Of a DNA stretch of 64,000 nt, positions 1 to 9,530 are shown one piece after another (within the stretch, counting starts at the first letter, position 1; the number at the start of each line of letters is the position of its first letter). A model generated the notes under the pieces. The model had not been told where the DNA came from and made no database searches. It worked only from the letters and a program-made list of their open reading frames with translations. This stretch comes from an uncultured bacterium (GTDB lineage Bacteria; UBA8481), in NCBI GenBank assembly GCA_964499705.1, contig CAZCME010000004.1, positions 186,001 to 250,000 on the forward strand, read 5' to 3'. The position numbers and the translations under genes were made by a program.

Positions 1-2
1 TC

Positions 3-377
3 AAGGCGCTCGGCTCCGCCTACGACATTGAGATCATCGAATCCCACCACAACAAGAAGAAGGACGCTCCCAGCGGTACCGCGCTCCGTCTCCTCGACGT
101 CATTCTCGACGCCAGGAACGCCACGCGGACCGATGCCGTCTGGGGCCGCGAAGGGCGTGAAACCGCGCGGCGCGAGGGAGAAATCGGCGTTCACGCGGTG
201 CGTGGCGGCGACATCGTCGGCGACCACACGATCCTCTTCGCGGGCCAGGGTGAACGCATCGAGCTCACGCATCGCGCCTCCTCGCGCGATACGTTCGCCC
301 TCGGCGCACTCCGCGCCGCGGTCTTCATCGCGGGAAAACCGCCGGGACAATACACCATGGAGGATGTTCTCCTGTGA
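3..377 (+). CDS. dapB: 4-hydroxy-tetrahydrodipicolinate reductase, 5'-truncated by window edge
   Basis: Frame from nt 3 reads YDIEIIESHHNKKKDAPSGTAL...HAVRGGDIVGDH...YTMEDVLL*, TGA at 375-377; not in the ORF track. Confidence 0.95.
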   Translation, partial: KALGSAYDIEIIESHHNKKKDAPSGTALRLLDVILDARNATRTDAVWGREGRETARREGEIGVHAVRGGDIVGDHTILFAGQGERIELTHRASSRDTFALGALRAAVFIAGKPPGQYTMEDVLL

Positions 378-742
378 GCACGGTATCCGTGCGGCTGGAG
401 CGAATCTCGCTCTGGTCCAATCATGGCATGGATGAATCCGAATCCCGGAACGGTGGCCCCTTCGAGCTGGATGTCGTCGTCAGTTATCCCGAGCCGGTCA
501 ATCCCACGGAAGATTCGATCTTCGGCCGTCCCGACTACGCGCTCGTCGGTGCGCTCGTCAAGGAAACCTTTCTCGCGCGCCGCTTCGCCCTGATCGAACC
601 GCTCGCGTCCCTCATCGCCGAGCGCATCCTCGATCGATTCTCCGGCGTGAAGGAAACTTCCGTCACGATCCGGAAGCTCCGCCCGGTCATGCCGCTTATC
701 CTGGACCACGTCGAGGTCACCGTCGTCCGCGCGCGGAGATAA
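374..742 (+). CDS. folB: Dihydroneopterin aldolase
   Basis: HG..ESE, DY, FALIEPLA, TIRK motifs; GTGA overlap with dapB; precedes folK. Confidence 0.85.
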   Translation: MSTVSVRLERISLWSNHGMDESESRNGGPFELDVVVSYPEPVNPTEDSIFGRPDYALVGALVKETFLARRFALIEPLASLIAERILDRFSGVKETSVTIRKLRPVMPLILDHVEVTVVRARR

Positions 743-1179
743 TGCGCGTCTTCCTTGGGCTGGGCTCGAATGTCGGAGATCGCTCCGGGCACCTGGAGCA
801 TGCGATCGACCGACTCCGGAGCATCCTCCTTGACGTGGAAACATCACCCTTCGTGGAAACAGTACCCCTCGACAGGCACGGCGCGGTCGACACCTCATCC
901 CCTCCCTATCTGAACACCGTGGTTTCAGGCCGCTGCGATCTGTCACCTCGCGACCTTTTCAAGAAGCTCCTCGCCGTCGAAACCGACATGGGCCGCAAAC
1001 CGCATGAAAAGTCGCGGTATCTTCCGCGCGTCATCGATATCGACATTCTATATCTATCGGACGAGGATCGGCCGATCGTCATCCAGGACGACGATCTGGT
1101 CGTTCCGCACCCACGCCTGAAGAATCGACCGTTCTTCCTGGAACCGCTCGCCACATGGGGCATCGGTGAACCGCTCTAG
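742..1179 (+). CDS. folK: 2-amino-4-hydroxy-6-hydroxymethyldihydropteridine diphosphokinase
   Basis: FLGLGSNVGD, YLN, PRVIDIDIL, LVVPHPR motifs. Confidence 0.95.
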   Translation: MRVFLGLGSNVGDRSGHLEHAIDRLRSILLDVETSPFVETVPLDRHGAVDTSSPPYLNTVVSGRCDLSPRDLFKKLLAVETDMGRKPHEKSRYLPRVIDIDILYLSDEDRPIVIQDDDLVVPHPRLKNRPFFLEPLATWGIGEPL

Positions 1180-2014
1180 ATCGCTCATCGCGCGGCTCGT
1201 CCTGCCTCTCGCCATATTCTGGACGGGATCGAGCGTCGCGAACGCGGAGGAGTATGACGAGAGATGGGAGCTTATTCGGACCATGTACCGGACGGAGAGC
1301 TACCTGCAGGATATCGAAGCCTACTTGTCTCCCGATCCAGGTCCGATCTACACGGCCATCTGGCCGACACGGGCGCGAAGAATTTCTCCTCCTTCGACGG
1401 AATATGATCCGGCGCTGCAAGGTTCCCCTGCATTCGATCCGTCGATGGAATTTGCCCCTCGTTCCGAAGGAAGCCGCTTGCCGCACCCGTATTTCATGAC
1501 GCGCGACGAACGAGCGCGGGAACTCAATCCCGATGGGATCCTGGACATTCGAACCATGGAATACGTGCGCGAGATCTGTCGTGCACATTATCTGGCCGGC
1601 CAGCGCTGCGCGCGCCTCAACATCGAAGATTCGCATCAGGAATGGCTTGCCGACACGGAACTCGCGAAAACAACCGCAAGCGCGATCTATTACCTTTTTC
1701 TTCATCCCTATGAGCGAACCACGAAACTGATCCGGCCCTACGGCTTTCATGATTTCGACTCCGCAGCCGTTCTCCTGAATTCGACCGGTGATGTCGCATA
1801 CCTGGCATTTCGCCTGCTCCGACCCGTGGCGACATTCGCCGGAAGCATCGAGTGCGTGGGGGTGAAGATGGTCCGATCTACCCACGCGAAAGCCGCGCGA
1901 TCCGCGTTCATCCTCTGCTCGTGGATCGCCGTCGACGAAACGTCGTGGAACGATAAAACCGCGCTCGATCGCGAGAACCTGATCCGTTGGTCGAACGCCA
2001 CGGGCGATCCGTGA
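1166..2014 (+). CDS. Hypothetical secreted protein
   Basis: 282-aa ORF with signal-peptide-like N-terminus (..VANA/EE), overlapping folK end, fills the gap to cdsA. Confidence 0.65.
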   Translation: MNRSRSLIARLVLPLAIFWTGSSVANAEEYDERWELIRTMYRTESYLQDIEAYLSPDPGPIYTAIWPTRARRISPPSTEYDPALQGSPAFDPSMEFAPRSEGSRLPHPYFMTRDERARELNPDGILDIRTMEYVREICRAHYLAGQRCARLNIEDSHQEWLADTELAKTTASAIYYLFLHPYERTTKLIRPYGFHDFDSAAVLLNSTGDVAYLAFRLLRPVATFAGSIECVGVKMVRSTHAKAARSAFILCSWIAVDETSWNDKTALDRENLIRWSNATGDP

Positions 2015-2027
2015 GGGACGCAAGTAA

Positions 2028-2777
2028 CTACGGGCGCGCGAAGTAATCGGCCAGGAAATAACAGAGCGGCGCGTTGACGAGGAACGCGTCGAAGCGATCG
2101 AGGATGCCGCCATGCCCCGGCAGGATCTTTCCGGAATCCTTCACGCCCGCCATCCTCTTCAGCCGCGACTCGATGAGGTCTCCCATCTGGCCCGCCGTTC
2201 CCGCGATCAGTCCGAAGATCGCTCCGAGGATCGGCCTGCCCGTGTAGCCGGCCGCGAGGATGCCCACGAGGATCGCGAGGATCAATCCGCCCACGGCGCC
2301 CTCGCGCGTCTTGCCGGGGGAAATGTCCGGCGCCAACTTTGTCCTGCCGAATTTCATGCCCACGGCATAGGCGCCGGTATCGGCGCTCCACGTGACGAGC
2401 AGCACCGCCAGCAGCAGCTCCGGGCCATGGTCCGCGCGTAGAAATGCCGCGGAGGTGAATCCCGCCACGACCTGCGCGGGATAGAAGATCGTGAGAAGTT
2501 TCGGGAACCTGAGGCCGAGAAGATTCAGGATCGTCAGGACGGCGACGATCCCCGTGAACTGGTTCAGGACGGCGAAAGGTATGAGAATGATCGCGATGGC
2601 AAATGGCGCGGCGCGGCTCTGGCCGGTCGCTCGGATGAGTTTCAGGGATTCGAGGAGCGCGGGCAGGAGAAGAATCAGGAAGAGCGCGAACGTGGAGGAG
2701 GCGGACGCGAAGACCATCGCCAGGAGGATGGCGCCGCCGAGGACGGCAACAAGAGCCCGGAGGGCAAGCGGGGACAT
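2028..2777 (-). CDS. cdsA: Phosphatidate cytidylyltransferase
   Basis: WSADTGAY, ISPGKTREG, KDSGKILPGHGGILDRFD. Confidence 0.95.
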   Translation of the reverse strand: MSPLALRALVAVLGGAILLAMVFASASSTFALFLILLLPALLESLKLIRATGQSRAAPFAIAIILIPFAVLNQFTGIVAVLTILNLLGLRFPKLLTIFYPAQVVAGFTSAAFLRADHGPELLLAVLLVTWSADTGAYAVGMKFGRTKLAPDISPGKTREGAVGGLILAILVGILAAGYTGRPILGAIFGLIAGTAGQMGDLIESRLKRMAGVKDSGKILPGHGGILDRFDAFLVNAPLCYFLADYFARP

Positions 2778-2880
2778 TCTCCTACATTCCTACATCGCGA
2801 AGAAACGAGCTGGATATTTCAGCCGACATATCCACTCTCAATCCAGCCTTCAGAATGTGGCAATGGGAGAAAATTTCCCC

Positions 2881-3669
2881 TCATTTCGCCTGCACGCCGC
2901 CGTAGCGGCGTTCGCGCTTCTGATAGGCCGCGATATGGCTGAAGAATTCGGCGCGGGTGTAGTCCGGCCAGAGCGTGTCGGTGATGATGATCTCCGCGTA
3001 GGCGAGCTGCCACAGCAGGAAGTTGGAGATGCGCATCTCCCCTGAAGTGCGGATCATCAGGTCCGGCTCGGGAAGCCCCGACGTGTAGAGATTCTCCTCG
3101 ATCACTTTCTGGTCGATCTTCTCCACGCGCAGTTTCTTCGAGACGGCGAGCTGGGCGACGCGCTTCGTCATCGTCACGATCTCGTCCCGGCCTCCGTAGT
3201 TCAGCGCGAGCACGAGCTTCTGCCCCGTGTTCTTCGCGAGCCGCGCCTTCACGCGGTCCAGTTCGGCGCGCGCGTAGGTCGGAAGCCGGTCGATGTTGCC
3301 GATCGTCAGCATCCTGACGTTCGATTCGTCCAGCTCGTCGACTTCCTTCCGGAGATATTCCTCGAGCAGATGCATGAGCGCCGAAACTTCCGGTCGCGGG
3401 CGCGACCAGTTCTCCGCCGAGAACGCGTACAGCGTGACATACTCGACGCCGATGTCGCGGGCGGCCTGGAGCGTCCTGCGGACGGTTTCCATGCCTTTCC
3501 TGTGCCCGAAGATCCTGGGCATCCTGCGCCTTTGCGCCCAGCGTCCGTTCCCATCCATGATGATGGCGATGTGGCCGGGGATCTTCTCCGGATCGAGCGC
3601 GCGGATCATCTCCGTCTCGTGCGAGTCGCGCGCGGCGGCGAGCATTTCGTCTTTTGTCCTGGGAGTCAT
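2881..3669 (-). CDS. uppS: Undecaprenyl diphosphate synthase
   Basis: HIAIIMDGNGRWA, YAFSAENW, IRTSGEMRISNFLLWQ. Confidence 0.97.
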   Translation of the reverse strand: MTPRTKDEMLAAARDSHETEMIRALDPEKIPGHIAIIMDGNGRWAQRRRMPRIFGHRKGMETVRRTLQAARDIGVEYVTLYAFSAENWSRPRPEVSALMHLLEEYLRKEVDELDESNVRMLTIGNIDRLPTYARAELDRVKARLAKNTGQKLVLALNYGGRDEIVTMTKRVAQLAVSKKLRVEKIDQKVIEENLYTSGLPEPDLMIRTSGEMRISNFLLWQLAYAEIIITDTLWPDYTRAEFFSHIAAYQKRERRYGGVQAK

Positions 3670-3690
3670 TTTGAAATTCGGATCATGCGA

Positions 3691-4248
3691 TCAGAACTCC
3701 ATTATTTCTTTTTCCTTGGCCGATGTCAGTTCATCGATTTTCGCGGCGAAGGTATCGGTCAACGCCTGGAGATCGTCGAGCCCGCGGCGGGAGTCATCCT
3801 TCGAAACTTCTCCCTCCGTCTCGGCCGCCTCGATCATTTCCTTCGCGTCGCGGCGGACTCCCCGGACCTCCACCTTCGCTTCCTCGTTCTTCTTCTTCGC
3901 CTGCTTGACGAGATCCTTGCGGCGCTCCTCGGTCAGCGGCGGAATGGGAAGCCGGACAAGCTTGCCGTCGTTCTGGGGATTCAAGTTGAGGTTGGATACC
4001 TTGATCGCCTTCTCGATCGCTTCGATGGCTCCGCGATCCCACGGCTGGATGACGATCATCCGCGCGTCGGGCGTGGAGAGAGTCGCGACCTGGTTGATGG
4101 GGAGCATGGTGCCGTACATGTCGACGCGGATTTCGTCGAGCATCGAGATGGAAGCGCGGCCCGTCCGGATGCTGCCGAGCTCCTTCTTGTAGGATTCCGC
4201 CGCGGCGTGCATCCTCTCCCGCGCGTCCGCCATGATGTCGTTGATCAT
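3691..4248 (-). CDS. frr: Ribosome recycling factor
   Basis: IRTGRAS, PPLTEERRK; synteny with pyrH. Confidence 0.97.
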   Translation of the reverse strand: MINDIMADARERMHAAAESYKKELGSIRTGRASISMLDEIRVDMYGTMLPINQVATLSTPDARMIVIQPWDRGAIEAIEKAIKVSNLNLNPQNDGKLVRLPIPPLTEERRKDLVKQAKKKNEEAKVEVRGVRRDAKEMIEAAETEGEVSKDDSRRGLDDLQALTDTFAAKIDELTSAKEKEIMEF

Positions 4249-4965
4249 CTACTCCACCCTCGTCCCGATGCCGTCACCCATCACCACCTTCATGATATTG
4301 CCGGCGACGGTCATGTCAAAGACGACGATCGGCAGCTTGTTCTCCATGCAGAGAGATGTCGCCGTCGGGTCCATCACCTGAAGTTCCTTCGCGAGGATTT
4401 CCTGATAGGTGATCTTCGCGAACTTCCGCGCGGTATCGTGCTTGGCGGGATCGGCGCTGTAGATGCCGTCGACCTTGGTGGCTTTCAGGATGATGTCCGC
4501 GCCGATCTCGTTGGCCCGGAGCGCGGCGGCGGTGTCCGTGGAAAAATACGGGCTGCCGGTGCCGCAGGAAAAGATCACGACGCGCCCTTTTTCCAGGTGG
4601 CGCACGGCGCGGCGCTTGATGAAAGGCTCCGAGATCGCCCGCATCTCGATCGCGGAGAGGACGCGCGTGGCGACCTTGCATTTTTCGAGGGCGTCCTGGA
4701 GCGCAAGGGAATTGATGGCGGTCGCGAGCATGCCCATCGTGTCGGCCGTCACGCGGTCGACGCCGAGGGCCGCCGCGGTCTTGCCGCGGAAGATGTTGCC
4801 GCCGCCGATGACGATCGCGACCTGGACACCCGACGCGTGAACATCCGATACCTGCGAAGCGATGGATTTCACGACGTCAGGATCGATGTTGAACTTGCGG
4901 GTTCCCTGCAGGGCCTCGCCCGAGAGCTTCAACAGGATGCGGCGATACACGGGTTCCCCGCTCAT
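4249..4965 (-). CDS. pyrH: UMP kinase
   Basis: [28 protein letters not shown]. Confidence 0.97.
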   Translation of the reverse strand: MSGEPVYRRILLKLSGEALQGTRKFNIDPDVVKSIASQVSDVHASGVQVAIVIGGGNIFRGKTAAALGVDRVTADTMGMLATAINSLALQDALEKCKVATRVLSAIEMRAISEPFIKRRAVRHLEKGRVVIFSCGTGSPYFSTDTAAALRANEIGADIILKATKVDGIYSADPAKHDTARKFAKITYQEILAKELQVMDPTATSLCMENKLPIVVFDMTVAGNIMKVVMGDGIGTRVE

Positions 4966-5028
4966 CGATTCTCCCCCGGAACGCCCGTCACATCCTCCAT
5001 CGACGTTACGATCGCCTTGAGATTTCCA

Positions 5029-5700
5029 CTAGGCGCCGAGCTCGAGCCGGGAGTACCGCGCCAGCTCGACTTTTTCGCCGACCTTGGCCGCGATCTCCGT
5101 GATGAAATCGCTCACCGTCTTCGCGCTCGATTCCGGAGCGATCAGGAATTCCTGCTCCAGGAGACACACCTCCGCGTAGAACTTCTCCAGCTTGCCCGCG
5201 ACCATCTTCTCGACGATCTGCGGCGGCTTGCCGGAGGCGGCGGCCTGTTCCGTGAATATGGCCTTCTCCCGCTCGATCACATCCGCGGGAACTTCTTCCC
5301 GCTTCAGGAACCGGGGCCGCGCGACCGCGACCTGCATCGCGACCGCTTTGGCCATCCGCCCGAATTCCTCCGTCCGCGCGACGAAATCCGTCTCGCACCG
5401 GACATCGACGAGGACTCCGACTTTTCCCATGTGGACATACGAAGCGATGAGCCCCTGCGAGGCCACGCGGTCCGCGCGCTTGGCGGCGGCGGCCAGGCCC
5501 TTCTTCCGGAGAATATCGCGGGCCTTCTCGAAATCGCCTCCCGCGTCGGTCAGGGCTTTCTTGCAATCGAGCATGCCCGCGGCGGTTTCCTCCCGCAGGC
5601 GCTTGACGTCGTCGAGTGTGGCCGCGGCCGCTCCTCCTGCATCCTTGGCGCCCGTGGCACTACCAGCCAAGGCTGTTCCTCCTTCCGGTCGGTCGCTCAT
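5029..5700 (-). CDS. tsf: Elongation factor Ts (short form, with Ala/Gly-rich N-terminal extension)
   Basis: VKRLREET.AGMLDCKKAL, CETDFVAR. Confidence 0.95.
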   Translation of the reverse strand: MSDRPEGGTALAGSATGAKDAGGAAAATLDDVKRLREETAAGMLDCKKALTDAGGDFEKARDILRKKGLAAAAKRADRVASQGLIASYVHMGKVGVLVDVRCETDFVARTEEFGRMAKAVAMQVAVARPRFLKREEVPADVIEREKAIFTEQAAASGKPPQIVEKMVAGKLEKFYAEVCLLEQEFLIAPESSAKTVSDFITEIAAKVGEKVELARYSRLELGA

Positions 5701-6581
5701 CAGACCTCGACCTCCGCCTCTTCCTCCGCGTTCTCGATGCGGACCACCTTCTGCTTCTTGCGGTAGACTTCCTCGGTCTCTTCCTCCTCGAAGTTCTCCT
5801 CGAGGTCCTCGAAAGCGACGAGCTCTTCCTCGGTCGGAGCGAACGTCTCATCGACGTCCTCCAGCAGATCCGGCGCGGAACCCGCGAGCGCGTCCTTGGC
5901 GGCGGTGCGGCCCGCGATGACGGCGTCGGCGATGACGGCGGTCACGAGATTAATCGCCCGGATCGCGTCGTCGTTGCCCGGGATCACGAAATCGATCGGC
6001 TCCGGATTGCAGTTGGTGTCCGCGAGCGCAATGACCGGGATGCCGAGCTTCCTGGCTTCGGCCACGGCGAGTTCCTCGCGCTTCGGATCGACGATGAAGA
6101 CCGCGCCCGGCAATCCCTTCATCTTCTTGATGCCGCCCAGGGACTTGTTGAGGCTCGTGATGTGCTTCTCGATCGTCGACTGTTCCTTGCGGGGAAGCAA
6201 CCGGAGATATCCCTCGGTCTTCTGCTCCTCATACTTCTGCAGCCGCTGGATCGACTTCTTGATCGTCTGGAAGTTGGTGAGCGTGCCGCCCATCCAGCGC
6301 TGGTTGATGTAGTACATCTCGCAGCGCGTGGCCTCGTCGGCGATCGTGTTCTGAGCCTGCTTCTTCGTGCCGACGAAGAGAATGGTCTTTCCTTCCTCGA
6401 TGAAGCTCTTGACGAGGTTGTGGACCATCTTGATGTTCTTCATCGTCTGCTGGAGATCGATGATGTGGATGCCGTTGCGCTCGGTGAAGATGAATGGTTT
6501 CATCCTCGGATCCCAGCGGCGTGTCTGATGCCCGAAGTGGACTCCCGCTTCGAGCAGTTGTTTCATGGTGGGTATTGCCAT
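5700..6581 (-). CDS. rpsB: 30S ribosomal protein S2 with acidic C-terminal tail
   Basis: LLEAGVHFGHQTRRW, PGNDDAIRA; start moved to ATG at 6581 behind GGAGG. Confidence 0.97.
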   Translation of the reverse strand: MAIPTMKQLLEAGVHFGHQTRRWDPRMKPFIFTERNGIHIIDLQQTMKNIKMVHNLVKSFIEEGKTILFVGTKKQAQNTIADEATRCEMYYINQRWMGGTLTNFQTIKKSIQRLQKYEEQKTEGYLRLLPRKEQSTIEKHITSLNKSLGGIKKMKGLPGAVFIVDPKREELAVAEARKLGIPVIALADTNCNPEPIDFVIPGNDDAIRAINLVTAVIADAVIAGRTAAKDALAGSAPDLLEDVDETFAPTEEELVAFEDLEENFEEEETEEVYRKKQKVVRIENAEEEAEVEV

Positions 6582-6711
6582 GGTTGTATCCTCCGTTTCA
6601 CCCTCCACGCGTTCGAGCTTCGCTTTTCCGACGGAAACGACGAAGAACGGATATGTGTGACGCGTGTGTTAGATTTTCAAGGATCGTAGCGGCGGGCGGG
6701 CGGAGAGTCAA
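6582..6711 (-). promoter_or_regulatory. Sigma70-type promoter and rpsB leader RNA
   Basis: TTGACT (6706-6711)-17 nt-TACGAT (6683-6688); leader ACACACGCGT...ACGCGTGGAGG can base-pair and resembles the ends of the S2 leader. Confidence 0.6.
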
Positions 6712-9530
6712 CCTTTTTCGGGTTTGTCGTCCTTTTCCCGAAGCCGCCGTTTCGCCGCCAGAAGCCGTGTCGTGTGCGATTCGACGGGTGTTTCCTCCGG
6801 CGGAGCTTCTTCCGTTGCCGGCGCGATGTCCACGGGCGGAGCGACAACCTGAGGAGAGGGCACAGCGGTTCCCGATCGAAAATCCTTCACTCTCTCTCTC
6901 GCCTTCTTGAGCCTCGTTACCGCACGGATCTCCACGGATGCTTCCGTCTCCGGCCGGCGATCGCGCCATGCGAGAAGATCCGCGAGGCGGAAGTGCACGC
7001 GACGGACCGCGATGTCGAAGAGGAAAAGTATCGCCGCGAGAAAAAGGAGAAGCTGGCCGATCTCCTGCGAGCGGCGCTTCGGTTTTACAAGGGGCCGGGC
7101 GATATTCGATGGGTCTTTCACCGCTCGAACGCCCGGCAACTGCAGCAGCTTCGACAGGACATCGCCGCCTTCGGCCAGAGCCCGATATTCCGGCGAATAC
7201 GAATACCCGAGCGCGGTGCGCATCAGGAGCTCGGGGGAACGGTCGGAGCGATTCACGATCGTCACCAGATGTGCGCCGACCACGGACGGATCGAAGCGAC
7301 CCTCGTAACGGCCAGGACCCGTCTGCAATAGATCCGCGGCGATCATCCTGCCGGAGGGATCGACCGCGCGGAGTTCGAGATCGAGATGGTTTTCCGGCGA
7401 GCCGTTCTCTCCCACGATGTCCGCCGTGACGGCCAGGCCGTTGCCTCGTCGCTCGGAAACGAGCCGTATATTTTTTGTCGTTTCGTCCGGCAACGTCCAC
7501 CTGATCGCCTGGCTCCAGAATGTCCCGAATCCCGGCCAGGACATCCACCCGCCGGCCCATCGGGACGACGCATCCGAAGTCCACGCGAGCGATTTTCCCA
7601 GGCCGCTTCTTCCGACCGCGAGGAGCGGATCTCCTTCCTGCGCCGTGAGCGGCACTTCCGCGTACGACTTGGCCGTCGTCATCACATAACCGCCCAGGGC
7701 CGGAAGCGCGCCGGCATCGATCTCCTGAAGGATTTCATGGCCTCCCGCCGCTTCCGGCTTGAACATTTCTTCCCGGACGACGTTCTTCGACGAGACGAGC
7801 GTTTCGCGCGTGAAGATGCGCGGTATGTCGGCGACCTCCTTTGTGACATACGAGTGGCCTCCTCCCACTTCCGCGATCATCTCCATCAGCTCCTGGTTCG
7901 CGTCCTCGCCGATGGAGACCGTGGAGATCGTGATGCCGTTCGCGTGCATCTCCCGCGCGAGCCTCTCGAATTCTCCATCGGCGGTCACGCCGTCCGAGAG
8001 GAGGATCACGTGCTTGTTCATCGCGGGAAGCGTATTGAGCCACTGCGCCGCCATGTCGAGCGCGGGATAGATGTTCGTGCCGCCGCCGGCCTGGAGCGAG
8101 CCGATCTCGTCGACGACGCGCATCGGATCGCCCACTTCGCCGAACTTCACGACCTCCTTCGCGGCCCCGTCGAAACAGATCACACCGATCTGGTCGATCG
8201 GCGAGAGAAGTTCCGCGGATAAAGCAGCGGCTTTCTTCGCCAGGTCGATCTTCGATATTCCTTCCATCTCCATTCCCATCGAACCGGACTTGTCGATCAG
8301 CAGCACGAGCGCCGAGACGGGCATGCTCTGTTTCGACCGGATATCCATCGTGACGGGAAGCGCCTCCTCGATGGGCGTCCTGTAATAGCCGCCCGCTCCG
8401 AAGGACTGCGGCCCGCCGAGCATGGCGAGTCCCGCGCCGCCTTCGGTCACGTAATTCTTCAGGTTCGTCATCACGCGACCGCCGAGCGAGAACGCCTCGA
8501 CGTTGGCGAGGATCACGTTGTCGTAGGGCCGCAGATCGGCCAGAGAAAGCGGCATCGCGTCCGGCGCGATCGTCTTCACGATAAAATCCGAGCGCGCCAG
8601 CGTCGCGGCCAGGGGCGCCGCGTCGGCCGCGGACGACGCCACGAGAAGAACGGACGGCGGACCGGTCACATGAACATAGGCGTCCTGCGTGTTGTTCGAA
8701 ACCAGGGCATCGGTATCGGCTTCGATGGAGAACCGGTAGTGGAGAAAACCCTTCTCCTCCGGTTCCAGGGGAACCGTCGCGAGGCGCGCTCCGCCGCCCG
8801 CATGCGCGAAGCGATACGACGCGATCCGCGCATGATTGCGCAGCACATGGATCGTCATGTTCTGCGGTTCGTCGGAATAAAGCACCAGGCGCGCATGGAA
8901 CGTCTGCCTGAACCGCGCCGTCTGCGGCAGGTCGATCTCCTCGATCGAAGCATCCGATCCGCTCCGGGCCGCCAGCCTCACGACATCGATCTCCACGCCG
9001 TCCTGGATCAATCGTTCCGCCATCGCCACCGCATCGCCCTCGTTCTCGCGGCCGTCCGACATGAGAACGATGCGCGCGCCGAATCCTTCCGGCGCGAGCG
9101 AAGCGGCCAGGCGAAGCGCGCGCGCGATATTCGTCTGCTCGCGACCGAATGCATCGGGCGCCAGCGTCCTCTCGAACTCGCCGGGAGCCCTCTCTATCAC
9201 CGCATCCGCGCCGAAAGAGATGACTCCGGTCCTGTCGCGCGGCGAGAGCGACGCAAGCGCCTCATGCAGGAACGCGCGGCCCGCGGATATCTCCGTCTCG
9301 TCGACGCTGTGCGACTGGTCCATCGCGAAGAGAATCGCCTTTCCCTCCTCCGTCCGTTCCCACCGGAGTCCCGCGGCGGCGAGGATCAGGAGGAGCATGA
9401 TGACAATGCGGAGCGTCACGCTCAGGCGGCGGCGAACCGGGGAAAGCGCGGAGTAGGAATGGAGCCACGCCCATGTCATCGGGATGAACATGAGGAGAAG
9501 CAGCAGGAACCAGGGACGGGAGAGATTCAT
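6708..9530 (-). CDS. Membrane-anchored double-VWA protein with glutamine-amidotransferase-like domain
   Basis: MIDAS motifs DQSHS and DKSGS; GGPQSFGAGGY..TPIEEALPV; N- and C-terminal TM segments; ATG at 9530 overlaps upstream stop (TGATG). Confidence 0.85.
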   Translation of the reverse strand: MNLSRPWFLLLLLMFIPMTWAWLHSYSALSPVRRRLSVTLRIVIMLLLILAAAGLRWERTEEGKAILFAMDQSHSVDETEISAGRAFLHEALASLSPRDRTGVISFGADAVIERAPGEFERTLAPDAFGREQTNIARALRLAASLAPEGFGARIVLMSDGRENEGDAVAMAERLIQDGVEIDVVRLAARSGSDASIEEIDLPQTARFRQTFHARLVLYSDEPQNMTIHVLRNHARIASYRFAHAGGGARLATVPLEPEEKGFLHYRFSIEADTDALVSNNTQDAYVHVTGPPSVLLVASSAADAAPLAATLARSDFIVKTIAPDAMPLSLADLRPYDNVILANVEAFSLGGRVMTNLKNYVTEGGAGLAMLGGPQSFGAGGYYRTPIEEALPVTMDIRSKQSMPVSALVLLIDKSGSMGMEMEGISKIDLAKKAAALSAELLSPIDQIGVICFDGAAKEVVKFGEVGDPMRVVDEIGSLQAGGGTNIYPALDMAAQWLNTLPAMNKHVILLSDGVTADGEFERLAREMHANGITISTVSIGEDANQELMEMIAEVGGGHSYVTKEVADIPRIFTRETLVSSKNVVREEMFKPEAAGGHEILQEIDAGALPALGGYVMTTAKSYAEVPLTAQEGDPLLAVGRSGLGKSLAWTSDASSRWAGGWMSWPGFGTFWSQAIRWTLPDETTKNIRLVSERRGNGLAVTADIVGENGSPENHLDLELRAVDPSGRMIAADLLQTGPGRYEGRFDPSVVGAHLVTIVNRSDRSPELLMRTALGYSYSPEYRALAEGGDVLSKLLQLPGVRAVKDPSNIARPLVKPKRRSQEIGQLLLFLAAILFLFDIAVRRVHFRLADLLAWRDRRPETEASVEIRAVTRLKKARERVKDFRSGTAVPSPQVVAPPVDIAPATEEAPPEETPVESHTTRLLAAKRRLREKDDKPEKG

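Noticed and set aside
3370-5766. 798-aa plus-strand ORF, and similar long antisense ORFs (17848-19473, 55990-57648, 58593-60287)
   Set aside because: Shadow frames opposite conserved genes; expected from GC-rich codon bias; no recognisable motifs.
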